Origin: Methylotenera sp.
GTDB taxonomy: Bacteria > Pseudomonadota > Gammaproteobacteria > Burkholderiales > Methylophilaceae
Direction of reading: 5' to 3'
Assembly: GCA_013140755.1 (NCBI GenBank)
Contig: JABFSF010000143.1
Location: 3,308-67,307 of the forward strand
DNA: 64,000 nt
The notes under the pieces are model-generated. The model saw only the letters and a list, made by a program, of their open reading frames with translations. It was not told where the DNA came from and did no database searches. The position numbers were made by a program, and so were the translations under genes. Shown here piece after piece: positions 37,485-46,924 of this stretch (position 1 is its first letter; the number at the start of each line of letters is the position of its first letter).

Positions 37485-37916
37485 TTATACACCCTCCACT
37501 TCAATACCCATGCTACGTGCGCTACCAGCAATAGTACGCACTGCCGCATCTAAATCAGATGCAGACAAGTCAGCTTGTTTCGTTTTAACAATCTCTTCAG
37601 CCTGAGCACGAGTAATCTTGCCAACTTTATCTGTATGTGGACGTGGTGAACCTTTAGTAATGCCAGCCGCTTTTTTGATTAAAATTGTAGCTGGAGGTGA
37701 TTTCATCACAAACGTGAAGCTCTTGTCTGCAAAAGCAGTAATCACAACTGGAATTGGCAAACCAGGCTCAACACCTTGTGTTGCAGCATTAAATGCTTTA
37801 CAAAGCTCCATAATATTTAAACCACGTTGACCTAATGCTGGACCAACTGGTGGACTTGGGTTAGCTTTACCTGCAGGAATCTGCAACTTGATATAGCCAA
37901 TAACTTTCTTTGCCAT
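37485..37916 (-). CDS. rplK: 50S ribosomal protein L11
   Basis: [29 protein letters not shown]; start corrected to ATG 37916. Confidence 0.99.
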   Translation of the reverse strand: MAKKVIGYIKLQIPAGKANPSPPVGPALGQRGLNIMELCKAFNAATQGVEPGLPIPVVITAFADKSFTFVMKSPPATILIKKAAGITKGSPRPHTDKVGKITRAQAEEIVKTKQADLSASDLDAAVRTIAGSARSMGIEVEGV

Positions 37917-37934
37917 GCTTATTACTCCTAAAAT

Positions 37935-38006
37935 GGGTACAAACGCCTTCCAAACACAAATCACATAAACTTAATGCGTTTGCCATTTGGAGTTCCCAGC
38001 TCCCCG
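37935..38006 (-). promoter_or_regulatory. Probable L1-binding leader of rplK
   Basis: CGGGGAGC...GGCGUUUGUACCC flanking a variable segment, resembling the enterobacterial rplK leader. Confidence 0.55.
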
Positions 38007-38020
38007 TTAAAAAACTACAA

Positions 38021-38557
38021 CTATACTTCTTTCTCCACTTGATTAAATTCCAACTCAACTGGGGTAGAACGACCAAAAATTACCACCGCCACATGTAGCT
38101 TGCTTTTTTCGTAGTTAATATCTTCAACACTGCCAGAAAAGTCTTTGAACGGCCCATCAATAATGCGTACAGATTCACCTTTTTCAAAAGTAAGTTTCTG
38201 CGTTGGATTACTCTTACTATCATCAATCCGTTGCAAGATAATATCTACTTCTTTGTCTTTAATTGGCGTAGGCTTTTGCGCACTACCACCGATAAATGCG
38301 GTTACGCGCGGCGTACTTTTCACCAAATGCCAAGTCTCATCAGACATATTCATTTGCACCAACACATAACCTGGATATAACTTACGCTCAGAAATGGCTT
38401 TTTGGCCATTTTTCATTTCAACCACTTCTTCAATAGGCACTAAAATTTGACCAAATTGATCTTGCAAGCCAGCACGTAGCACTCGCTCTTCCAATCCCTT
38501 TTGCACAGATTTCTCAAACCCTGAAAACGCCTGCACCGCGTACCATTTCATACTCAT
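38021..38557 (-). CDS. nusG: Transcription elongation factor NusG
   Basis: [12 protein letters not shown]...LYPGYVLV...KOW motif [11 protein letters not shown]; start 38557 overlaps secE stop (TAATG). Confidence 0.99.
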   Translation of the reverse strand: MSMKWYAVQAFSGFEKSVQKGLEERVLRAGLQDQFGQILVPIEEVVEMKNGQKAISERKLYPGYVLVQMNMSDETWHLVKSTPRVTAFIGGSAQKPTPIKDKEVDIILQRIDDSKSNPTQKLTFEKGESVRIIDGPFKDFSGSVEDINYEKSKLHVAVVIFGRSTPVELEFNQVEKEV

Positions 38558-38901
38558 TACGCAGCTCCCATTAACCACTTGACCATGTAAGCAAAAAACA
38601 CGTCAATTACACCCAATATAATTGCCATCACCACAACCAGAGCAAAAACCACCATCGTTGTTTGAATTGTCTCTTTGCGCGTTGGCCACACCACTTTACG
38701 GGCCTCACCAACCGCCTCACCAATAAAGGTAAGCGATTGCTGCCCAACTGGCGCAGTCCAAAGCACTGCAATAGATGCACCTAAACCAGCAAGCACCACA
38801 AGAATTCGCACTACCACGGGCTTATCTGCCAACAAATAAAAACCAGCAATTCCTGCAATAAGTAGCAAAAAAGCCACTAGCAACTTAATTTTGTTAATCA
38901 T
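38557..38901 (-). CDS. secE: Preprotein translocase SecE
   Basis: [13 protein letters not shown] motif; hydrophobic segments; 114 aa. Confidence 0.97.
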   Translation of the reverse strand: MINKIKLLVAFLLLIAGIAGFYLLADKPVVVRILVVLAGLGASIAVLWTAPVGQQSLTFIGEAVGEARKVVWPTRKETIQTTMVVFALVVVMAIILGVIDVFFAYMVKWLMGAA

Positions 38902-39019
38902 AATTGACTTAATAAATACTTACGTAATAGTGACAAAAAACTTCAGGATTTATTAACACAAATAACTAGAAATAATTAAATTTCTAGTTATTCACTGGAT
39001 AACTATCCACATTAAAATT

Positions 39020-39095
39020 TGGCAGGCCAAGAGGGTCTCGAACCCCCAACCCTCGGTTTTGGAGACCGATACTCTACCAATTGAGCTATTGGCCT
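39020..39095 (-). tRNA. trnW: tRNA-Trp (CCA)
   Basis: AGGCCAATAGCTCAATTGGTAGAGTATCGGTCTCCAAAACCGAGGGTTGGGGGTTCGAGACCCTCTTGGCCTGCCA; 76 nt, encoded CCA end. Confidence 0.97.
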
Positions 39096-39160
39096 GTATT
39101 AAACTTTCTTAAAACACAAGAGTTGCGCAGGGTTACAACGCAACTCTCGACACATCAAAA

Positions 39161-40351
39161 CTATTCAATGATTTTAGCAACGACACCAGCACCTACGGTA
39201 CGACCGCCTTCACGAATAGCAAAGCGCAAGCCTTCTTCCATCGCAATTGGCGCAATCAATGTCACAGTGATCGATACGTTGTCACCTGGCATGACCATTT
39301 CTGTGCCTGCTGGTAGCTCTACTGCACCCGTCACGTCTGTGGTACGGAAGTAGAATTGTGGACGGTAGCCTTGGAAGAATGGGGTGTGACGACCACCTTC
39401 ATCTTTACCTAACACGTAGATTTCTGCGGTGAATTTAGTGTGCGGTTTGATTGAGCCAGCTTTAGCTAACACTTGACCACGCTCCACCTCTTCACGCTTG
39501 GTACCACGGAGCAATACACCTACGTTGTCGCCTGCTTGACCTTGGTCTAGCAATTTGCGGAACATTTCCACGCCTGTACAGGTGGTTTTTAGCGTTGGTT
39601 TTAGACCAACGATTTCAATTTCTTCACCGACTTTGATGATACCGCGTTCAATACGACCTGTTACCACAGTACCACGACCTGAAATTGAGAATACATCTTC
39701 CACTGGCATTAAGAATGTGCCGTCGATTGCACGCTCTGGCATTGGGATGTAGCTATCTAATGCGTCAGCTAGACGGAAGATTGAGGGTTCACCAATTTCT
39801 GATTGGTCGCCTTCTAGGGCTGCGCGGGCTGAGCCCGTGATGATTGGTGTATCGTCACCTGGGAAGTCGTATTTACTTAATAGGTCACGCACTTCCATTT
39901 CAACGAGCTCTAATAACTCTGCATCATCTACTAAGTCCGCTTTGTTAAGATAAACAACGATGTATGGAACGCCAACTTGACGTGCTAACAAGATGTGCTC
40001 ACGCGTTTGTGGCATTGGACCGTCAGCTGCTGAACATACTAGAATTGCACCGTCCATTTGAGCAGCACCTGTAATCATGTTTTTAACATAGTCGGCGTGA
40101 CCTGGACAGTCCACGTGCGCGTAGTGACGGTTGGCTGTTTCATATTCTACGTGGGCGGTGTTAATCGTAATACCACGTGCCTTTTCTTCTGGTGCCGCGT
40201 CAATTTGGTCGTAAGCTTTTGCTTCACCACCAAATTTCTTCGTCAATACAGTCGTAATCGCTGCCGTTAATGTTGTCTTGCCGTGGTCAACGTGACCTAT
40301 CGTACCTACGTTTACGTGCGGTTTGGTACGCTCAAATTTACCTTTTGCCAT
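39161..40351 (-). CDS. tuf: Elongation factor Tu (copy downstream of tRNA cluster)
   Basis: Same 396-aa protein as 22329-23519. Confidence 0.99.
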   Translation of the reverse strand: MAKGKFERTKPHVNVGTIGHVDHGKTTLTAAITTVLTKKFGGEAKAYDQIDAAPEEKARGITINTAHVEYETANRHYAHVDCPGHADYVKNMITGAAQMDGAILVCSAADGPMPQTREHILLARQVGVPYIVVYLNKADLVDDAELLELVEMEVRDLLSKYDFPGDDTPIITGSARAALEGDQSEIGEPSIFRLADALDSYIPMPERAIDGTFLMPVEDVFSISGRGTVVTGRIERGIIKVGEEIEIVGLKPTLKTTCTGVEMFRKLLDQGQAGDNVGVLLRGTKREEVERGQVLAKAGSIKPHTKFTAEIYVLGKDEGGRHTPFFQGYRPQFYFRTTDVTGAVELPAGTEMVMPGDNVSITVTLIAPIAMEEGLRFAIREGGRTVGAGVVAKIIE

Positions 40352-40473
40352 TGCATTAGTCCTTTACAATATTTTATTAACCATAAGTTTTATTAAAATT
40401 AATAAAACTTGTTCAAATTAAGCGACGATTTGTATCACAATCGCCAAACACTTACATTTTCCACAAACAGCCT

Positions 40474-40548
<75 letters not shown>

Positions 40549-40573
40549 TTTAACCACACACTCAGCTCTTTAG

Positions 40574-40649
40574 TGGAGCGGGCGACGAGGTTCGAACTCG
40601 CGACATCTTGCTTGGAAGGCAAGTGCTCTACCAGCTGAGCTACACCCGC
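40574..40649 (-). tRNA. trnG: tRNA-Gly (TCC)
   Basis: GCGGGTGTAGCTCAGCTGGTAGAGCACTTGCCTTCCAAGCAAGATGTCGCGAGTTCGAACCTCGTCGCCCGCTCCA; 76 nt. Confidence 0.97.
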
Positions 40650-40702
40650 GCGCCTGATAAAATCAACGCCAATAAGCTCAAAACTGCTTACACGCAAACA
40701 AT

Positions 40703-40787
40703 TGGTGGAGGGGGAAGGATTCGAACCTTCGTACTCTGAGAGAACGGATTTACAGTCCGTCGCCTTTAACCACTCGGCCACCCCTCC
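40703..40787 (-). tRNA. trnY: tRNA-Tyr (GTA)
   Basis: GGAGGGGTGGCCGAGTGGTTAAAGGCGACGGACTGTAAATCCGTT...GGTTCGAATCCTTCCCCCTCCACCA; 85 nt with long variable arm. Confidence 0.97.
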
Positions 40788-40801
40788 AAACCGAACCCGC
40801 G

Positions 40802-40830
40802 ATTATGCTGAAAATTTGACTTGCTGTCAA
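40802..40830 (-). promoter_or_regulatory. Sigma70 stable-RNA promoter of tRNA-Tyr-Gly-Thr-tuf
   Basis: TTGACA (40830-40825)-N17-CATAAT (40807-40802) followed by GC-rich CGCGGG discriminator. Confidence 0.8.
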
Positions 40831-40860
40831 TTGTATAAAAGGGTCTGCTACTTAAAAATT

Positions 40861-40936
40861 TGGTGCCGAGTATCGGAATCGAACTGATGACCTTCGCATT
40901 ACAAGTGCGCTGCTCTACCAACTGAGCTAACTCGGC
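40861..40936 (-). tRNA. trnT: tRNA-Thr (TGT)
   Basis: GCCGAGTTAGCTCAGTTGGTAGAGCAGCGCACTTGTAATGCGAAGGTCATCAGTTCGATTCCGATACTCGGCACCA; 76 nt. Confidence 0.97.
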
Positions 40937-40981
40937 GTTTTGTGAGTTGCGTATTATACTGAGATTTTAGAAAAAGTTAAG

Positions 40982-41392
40982 TTATTTTACGATTGTTAGT
41001 GTAGGTTTTTTTGTTTTATCTTGCTTTGCGGTTTCATTTGACTCAATTTCTGCACGTTGAACCTCTTCAGCACCTTGGGATTCAACATCAAAAAACATGC
41101 CCTGATCATTTTCACGCGCAAATATCCCCTTAACTGCACTTATCGGAATATATAGACTCTGCGATACACCGCCAAACCTTGCAGAAAATACAACCGCTTC
41201 ATTATCAACATGCAAATCTTTGGTTGCACCATAATTAATGTTAAGGACGATCTCACCTGCTTTTACATACGCCATGGGAACGCGCGTTTGGCTATTAACC
41301 ACCACCATCAAATGTGGCGTAAGATTGTTATCTACACACCACTCATGAATTGCGCGAATTAAATAGGGTTTAGTAGAGATTAAATTATCCAT
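40982..41392 (-). CDS. sspB: ClpXP adaptor / stringent starvation protein B
   Basis: STKPYLIRAIHEWCVDNNLTPHL...IVLNI...FSARFGG; C-terminal KPTLTIVK ClpX-binding-type tail. Confidence 0.97.
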   Translation of the reverse strand: MDNLISTKPYLIRAIHEWCVDNNLTPHLMVVVNSQTRVPMAYVKAGEIVLNINYGATKDLHVDNEAVVFSARFGGVSQSLYIPISAVKGIFARENDQGMFFDVESQGAEEVQRAEIESNETAKQDKTKKPTLTIVK

Positions 41393-41459
41393 TTATTTAG
41401 CTTACATTTTAGGAGCGGCTACTGAATCCAATCAATTCAGCAACGCGAACTCTCTACAC

Positions 41460-42059
41460 TTACTTGCGCATTACTTTTTCTGAAGGTGTCATTGCGTCCG
41501 CATACAATGGTCTTGAAAAAAGACGTTCCGCATATTTAAGTATGGGCGCAGCTTGATTTGGCAATTCGATGCCGTAATGACCCAAACGCCATAACAAAGG
41601 CGTTACGGCAACATCCAACATAGAGTACTCATCTCCCAACAGGTAGTTTTGTTTTGAGAAAATTGGCACTAATTGCGTAAGGTTATCTCGAATAGTCGCA
41701 CGCGCTTTATCAGCCTTTACCTCATCACCCGATTCAATGTCCGCAATATGGCTGAATAAATCACGTTAAAATCCATATAAAAACAAGCGTGCACGTGCGC
41801 GCATCACGGGATCAGGCGGCATCAGTTGAGGATGCGGAAAGCGCTCATCAATATACTCATTGATGATATTAGCCTCTGACAAGACCAAATCACGCTCTAC
41901 TAGCACTGGCACTTGGTTATGCGGGTTAATGATCGCTAAATCTTCTGGTTTATTTGCCAAATCTACATCGATGACTTGAAAGTCCATGCCTTTTTCAAAT
42001 AAAACAATGCGGCAACGGTGGCTATAGGGATCTGTTGTCCCAGAATACAAAGTCATCAT
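41460..42059 (-). pseudogene. sspA: Stringent starvation protein A (GST-like) interrupted by one in-frame TAA at 41766-41768
   Basis: ORFs 41766-42059 and 41460-41669 share one frame. Read-through gives ...RARLFLYGF*RDLFSHIADIESGDEVKADKARATIRDNLTQLVPIFSKQNYLLGDEYSMLDV..., a 199-codon SspA between petC and sspB. Confidence 0.75.
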
Positions 42060-42060
42060 A

Positions 42061-42783
42061 CTAATGAATATCCTTCCAATAAGCTTTTTTGAGTTTGTAT
42101 GCTGAGACTAAAAGCACACTCAAAAATAATAATACAATCCAACCCAATTGCTGGCGTTTTTGTTTAGCTGGCTCTGCCATATAGGCCATAAAATTGGTTA
42201 AATCGCCCACCAATGTGTCGTACTCTTCCACTGACAATTTACCTGGCTTCGCTAATTTAAGTGCATGTGTTTCATGGTTGAGTACTTGCTCGCCTTGCAA
42301 CTCGTAGAGCACATGCGGCATTGACACTTTACAGCTAACAGAATCAAATACACAATTGCCCCAACCCGTAGCACTAGAGTCGTCACGGTAAAAACTTCTC
42401 ATATACGTGTATACCCAATCTGCGCCACGGGCACGCACTTCCACCGACAAATCTGGTGGCATTACACCAAACCATTTTTTAGCATCATTCTTATTGATAG
42501 CTACTTTCATGGAATCGCCTATTTTATCGCCCGCTAATAGCAAGTTTTCTTTAATTTGCTTTTCTGTTAAGCCAATTTCAAGCAAGCGGTTGTACCGCAT
42601 ATAGTTGGCACTATGGCAATTTAAACAATAATTGACAAAAGTACGCGCACCGCGTTGCAATGAAGCATGATTTGACGCATCTATCGGAGCCGCATCTAAA
42701 TGCACCTCTTGATTTGCGAATGTCACAAGTGGCAATAACGAGATAATCAATAACGCTTTTTTGATGTTGTTAATCATTTTCAT
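42061..42783 (-). CDS. petC: Cytochrome c1 of bc1 complex
   Basis: Signal peptide, YCLNCH heme motif, MPPDLS, SMPHVL, C-terminal anchor ending YWKDIH. Confidence 0.96.
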   Translation of the reverse strand: MKMINNIKKALLIISLLPLVTFANQEVHLDAAPIDASNHASLQRGARTFVNYCLNCHSANYMRYNRLLEIGLTEKQIKENLLLAGDKIGDSMKVAINKNDAKKWFGVMPPDLSVEVRARGADWVYTYMRSFYRDDSSATGWGNCVFDSVSCKVSMPHVLYELQGEQVLNHETHALKLAKPGKLSVEEYDTLVGDLTNFMAYMAEPAKQKRQQLGWIVLLFLSVLLVSAYKLKKAYWKDIH

Positions 42784-42788
42784 GGCAA

Positions 42789-44072
42789 TTACCCCGTCAC
42801 CCTTTCTGGTACTGGTTTAGTTTTGTCTTTTTTGGTGTACCAAGGCATCAAAATAAAGAACAAGAAATATACAACCGTAAAGATACGCGCCACCAAGGCC
42901 GCATAATCAAGACCGCCAAAGAAGCGGACTGATTTATCAAAAGTACCCCAAATGTTGGCTGGCACAGTCCCTAAATAACCGAGCACAAAAAAGCTCACAA
43001 CAAAAGCCGCTAACCAGCCTTTGTATAAATTACCTTTGTAGCGAATAGATTTAACAGGGCTTCTATCTAACCAAGGCAAGAAAGCAAAGGCTACCACAGA
43101 TAACCCCATAGCAACCACGCCTGGAAATTGCGAAATGCCAATCGGCGGCACAGCGCGCAAGATAGAATAGTACGGAGTAAAGTACCAAGTAGGTGCAATG
43201 TGTGCGGGCGTTTGCAATGGGTTAGCTGGCACAAAATTATTGGCCTCTAAGAAATAGCCGCCAAATTCAGGTGCAAAGAACACAATTACTGAGAACACCA
43301 TCAGGAACACAACAACCCCCACAATATCTTTCACTGTGTAGTAAGGGTGAAATGGAATGCCATCAAGCGGGATTCCAGTTGCTTTGTCTTTGTGTTTTTT
43401 AATTTCCACACCATCAGGGTTATTAGACCCTACTTCGTGCAAGGCAATAATATGTGCCGCCACCAAACCCAACAGCACCAACGGCAAGGCAATTACGTGA
43501 AAAGCAAAAAAGCGGTTTAGCGTGGCATCAGAAGTTAAGTAGTCACCACGCAACCATTCAGCAATATCTGGGCCAATAAATGGCACCGTACCAAATAAGC
43601 TGGTAATTACTTGCGCACCCCAGTATGACATTTGACCCCAAGGCAATAGGTATCCAAAAAATGCCTCGCCCATCAACGCGAGGAAAATGCCCATACCAAA
43701 CAACCAAATGAGTTCTCGCGGATTACGATATGACCCATAAAGCAAACCACGGAACATGTGCAGATACACCACCACAAAAAACATAGACGCGCCCGTTGAA
43801 TGCATGTAGCGAATAAGCCAACCCCAAGGCACATCACGCATAATATATTCCACAGATGCAAATGCCATATCAGCATCTGGCTTATAGTGCATGGTTAAAA
43901 AGACACCTGTCACAATTTGCAGCACCAACACCAACAGTGCTAACGAACCAAAAAAATACCAAAAGTTGAAATTTTTAGGTGCGTAATACTCTGTTAAATG
44001 CGCTTTAATGTTACTCGTAAGCGGAAATCGCTCATCCACCCAGCTTGTTAATTGGCTAAGATATTTGTTCAT
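42789..44072 (-). CDS. petB: Cytochrome b of bc1 complex
   Basis: NFWYFFGSL, RYMHSTGASMFF, YLLPWGQMSYWG, RFFAFH. Confidence 0.98.
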   Translation of the reverse strand: MNKYLSQLTSWVDERFPLTSNIKAHLTEYYAPKNFNFWYFFGSLALLVLVLQIVTGVFLTMHYKPDADMAFASVEYIMRDVPWGWLIRYMHSTGASMFFVVVYLHMFRGLLYGSYRNPRELIWLFGMGIFLALMGEAFFGYLLPWGQMSYWGAQVITSLFGTVPFIGPDIAEWLRGDYLTSDATLNRFFAFHVIALPLVLLGLVAAHIIALHEVGSNNPDGVEIKKHKDKATGIPLDGIPFHPYYTVKDIVGVVVFLMVFSVIVFFAPEFGGYFLEANNFVPANPLQTPAHIAPTWYFTPYYSILRAVPPIGISQFPGVVAMGLSVVAFAFLPWLDRSPVKSIRYKGNLYKGWLAAFVVSFFVLGYLGTVPANIWGTFDKSVRFFGGLDYAALVARIFTVVYFLFFILMPWYTKKDKTKPVPERVTG

Positions 44073-44695
44073 TATGCACTCTCCTTAGCATCTTCACCAA
44101 TCAAAATCACTGTTTCGCTTAAGTAGGTATGCGGTGGAATGACTAAGTTAGTTGGGGCTGGCGAGCCTTTAAACACGCGACCCGATAAATCAAACTTGGA
44201 ACCATGACATGGGCAAACAAACCCACCATCCCAATCGGCTGTTACAGCAAAACTTTCATTGGGCGAACACCCTAAATGTGTACAAGTGCCCAACATTACC
44301 GCATACTCAGGTTTAATTGCGCGCACTTTGTTTTTACAATACTCAGGCTGCTGCGGAACCTCTAAATCTGGATCAGACAACTGGTCATTATGCGCTGCAA
44401 GCTTAGCAAGCATTTCATCTGTACGGCGAATCACCCAAACTGGCTGACCGCGCCACTCTGCCGTAGTTTTTTCACCTGGCTTCAACTTACTCACATCCAC
44501 CTCAACTGGCGCACCCGCAGCCTTAGCACGCTCACTTGGAGTCATGCTAGCTACAAAAGGCACTGCCGTTGCGGCGCAACCCAAGGCACCAATAGCAGAA
44601 GTGGAAATTAAAAAATTACGTTTATCTATATCAACTTGAGCGCACCCACAAGCGCGTGAGCTTCCCTCTTGTTTGTCATTTTGGTTGTCTGACAT
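44072..44695 (-). CDS. petA: Rieske iron-sulfur protein of bc1 complex
   Basis: CTHLGC and CPCHGS motifs; start corrected to ATG 44695 after GAGG SD. Confidence 0.97.
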   Translation of the reverse strand: MSDNQNDKQEGSSRACGCAQVDIDKRNFLISTSAIGALGCAATAVPFVASMTPSERAKAAGAPVEVDVSKLKPGEKTTAEWRGQPVWVIRRTDEMLAKLAAHNDQLSDPDLEVPQQPEYCKNKVRAIKPEYAVMLGTCTHLGCSPNESFAVTADWDGGFVCPCHGSKFDLSGRVFKGSPAPTNLVIPPHTYLSETVILIGEDAKESA

Positions 44696-44874
44696 GTTTT
44701 CCTCAACATAAAAAGGATTTACTGAATATGGACGCACTCTTTTGAAGCGCATGACCAACGATTTAAACCCATCTTTAATACACAATTTGCAAGCAGGTGA
44801 ATTTAAGTGTGAGATTATACAATTTTTTGCACCTTAATTAAAGCTTTATTTTATAAGTGATTGAAATAAAAGAA

Positions 44875-45624
44875 TTAAACTTGATTTTCAATTTCAATAA
44901 ACTCATGTGCTATATTAAATTTTTCCGCCAAATGCCTACCTAATGCCTGCACACCATAACGCTCTGTCGCGTGATGCCCTGCTGAGATGTAACTCACGCC
45001 AGACTCTTGTGCCAAATGCGTAGTTTGCTCTGAAATCTCACCGCTGATAAACACATCTGCGCCCATTTCAATCGCTGATTCAAAATAACTTTGTGCCGCA
45101 CCGCTACACCAAGCGACTGTATTAATCTTTTGTGCTGGGTTGCCAATCACCAGTGGCAAACGTAATAATTTTTGTTCAATTAAACAAGCTAACTCAGACA
45201 ATATGATAGTTTGACTGGGTTGTGCAAAAGCCACTAAGTTAGACTCCCCATCATAATGATTAGCCTTTAACCCAAGTAGATTACCAAGCTGCACATTATT
45301 ACCTAACTCAGGATGCGCATCTAAAGGAAGATGGTAACTCATCAAATTTAATTCATGCTTGAGCAAAAAAGCTAATCTTTTTCGTTTAATGCCCACCAGT
45401 CTCGGGTCTTCATTTCGCCAAAAATAGCCGTGATGAACTAGAATTAAATCAGCTCCCGCTTGTTGCGCCGCCTCAAGTAAAGCCATACTTGCGGTAACGC
45501 CTGTCACGATTTTACGAACCTCTTGTCGCCCTTCTACCTGAAGCCCATTCGGGCAATAGTCTTTGAAACGCTCCACTTGCATAAGTTGTTGGGTATAATG
45601 ACTTAATGCTTCAATTGTAACCAT
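44875..45624 (-). CDS. Nif3-like dinuclear metal centre hexameric protein (YbgI family)
   Basis: DYCPNGLQVEG, ILVHHGYFW, YHLPLDAH, AGHHATERYG. Confidence 0.93.
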   Translation of the reverse strand: MVTIEALSHYTQQLMQVERFKDYCPNGLQVEGRQEVRKIVTGVTASMALLEAAQQAGADLILVHHGYFWRNEDPRLVGIKRKRLAFLLKHELNLMSYHLPLDAHPELGNNVQLGNLLGLKANHYDGESNLVAFAQPSQTIILSELACLIEQKLLRLPLVIGNPAQKINTVAWCSGAAQSYFESAIEMGADVFISGEISEQTTHLAQESGVSYISAGHHATERYGVQALGRHLAEKFNIAHEFIEIENQV

Positions 45625-45731
45625 AAGTTTGCATCCTTTATTTTGCCAATAGTATTTCTAAAGACTATTGAATTTTAACGATTTGACTAAATATAGATAC
45701 GCATCATCAATACTTTTTTTATACTGATACC

Positions 45732-46904
45732 ATGAACAACCCGTTATACAAAAAAATTTGGCTTATTTTTGCACAAGCTGCCACGATAGGCATGGCCATT
45801 TTATTTGTATTGCGCCTCTTTTACCCTAACTTGCTGAACCCCAAAGAGCCTGCCATTACCGTCAATCAAGTTGCACCTTCAGCAAACACCATTTCTAATA
45901 GTTCATATAGTCAAGCGGTTAAAAAAGCCATGCCTGCGGTGGTCAATATTTTTACCAGTAAAAAAGCACGTGCCAACGCACATCAAAACTTTCTAGATGA
46001 TCCAACCTTTCGTCATTTTTTTGGTGATCAACTTGACGAATTTGACACCCCTTCTCAGCCTGAAAGTAGCTTAGGTTCAGGTGTCATTGTAAGTGCTGAA
46101 GGGCTTATTTTAACGAACAACCATGTGATTGCGACAGCCGATGAAATTGAAGTAGCTCTTTCAGATGGACGAAAAATGTCTGCCAAAGTCGTTGGTACAG
46201 ATCCAGATACTGATTTAGCCCTAATTAAAGTAGAAGCAGAAAACTTACCCGCCATCACCTTTGCCAGTTCAGACTCAATCAACGTTGGTGATGTGACATT
46301 GGCTATTGGCAATCCATTTGGGGTAGGTCAAACCGTGACGCAAGGCATTGTTAGTGCCCTTGGTCGAAGCCATCTTGGCATCAACATTTATGAAAATTTT
46401 ATTCAAACTGACGCCTCCATCAACCCTGGCAACTCAGGAGGCGCGTTAATTGATACTGATGGAAATCTCGTAGGCATTAACAGCGCAATTTACTCACGCA
46501 GTGGTGGCTCGATGGGAATAGGATTCGCTATTCCAACCGCATTAGCGCGTCAAGTCATGGAGCAAATTGCGACTCAAGGCAATGTTACACGAGGCTGGAT
46601 TGGTATTGAGGCGCAAGACATCACACCTGAGTTGGCAGAGTCATTTAACCTGCCTCAAGCAGAAGGTGCACTGATTGCTGGCGTGTTACGTGGCAGTCCT
46701 GCAGATAAGGCAGGCCTACATGCAGGCGACGTGCTTTTAGCCATTGAAGATAAAACCATTATAGATAGCAATAGTATGCTGAATATCATTGCGGGGTTAA
46801 AACCCAACCAAACGGCCAACGTAAAAATATCACGCGACGAAAAAGTCATTTCTATTTCTGTGCTAATAGGTAAGCGCCCTAAACCCGTGCAAGCAGTAGA
46901 GTAA
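45732..46904 (+). CDS. HtrA-family serine protease with one PDZ domain (DegS/AlgW/DegQ-like)
   Basis: N-terminal TM; catalytic triad TNNHV / DLAL / NPGNSGG; PDZ GWIGI...GSPADKAGL. Confidence 0.93.
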   Translation: MNNPLYKKIWLIFAQAATIGMAILFVLRLFYPNLLNPKEPAITVNQVAPSANTISNSSYSQAVKKAMPAVVNIFTSKKARANAHQNFLDDPTFRHFFGDQLDEFDTPSQPESSLGSGVIVSAEGLILTNNHVIATADEIEVALSDGRKMSAKVVGTDPDTDLALIKVEAENLPAITFASSDSINVGDVTLAIGNPFGVGQTVTQGIVSALGRSHLGINIYENFIQTDASINPGNSGGALIDTDGNLVGINSAIYSRSGGSMGIGFAIPTALARQVMEQIATQGNVTRGWIGIEAQDITPELAESFNLPQAEGALIAGVLRGSPADKAGLHAGDVLLAIEDKTIIDSNSMLNIIAGLKPNQTANVKISRDEKVISISVLIGKRPKPVQAVE

Positions 46905-46924
46905 GTTTATCATCAAGCAAGCAC

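Noticed and set aside
36797-37549. N-terminally extended ORF-track versions of rplA (also rplK, rplN, rpsQ, nusG, petA, hisH, hisB, hisE, grxD)
   Set aside because: Extensions overlap upstream genes or lack an SD; downstream ATGs match family N-termini
38961-38992. AT-rich perfect hairpins at 38961-38992 and 40385-40410 as a possible repeat family or CRISPR remnant
   Set aside because: Sequences are unrelated to each other and non-periodic; best explained as terminator or processing stems in the tRNA-tuf-secE region
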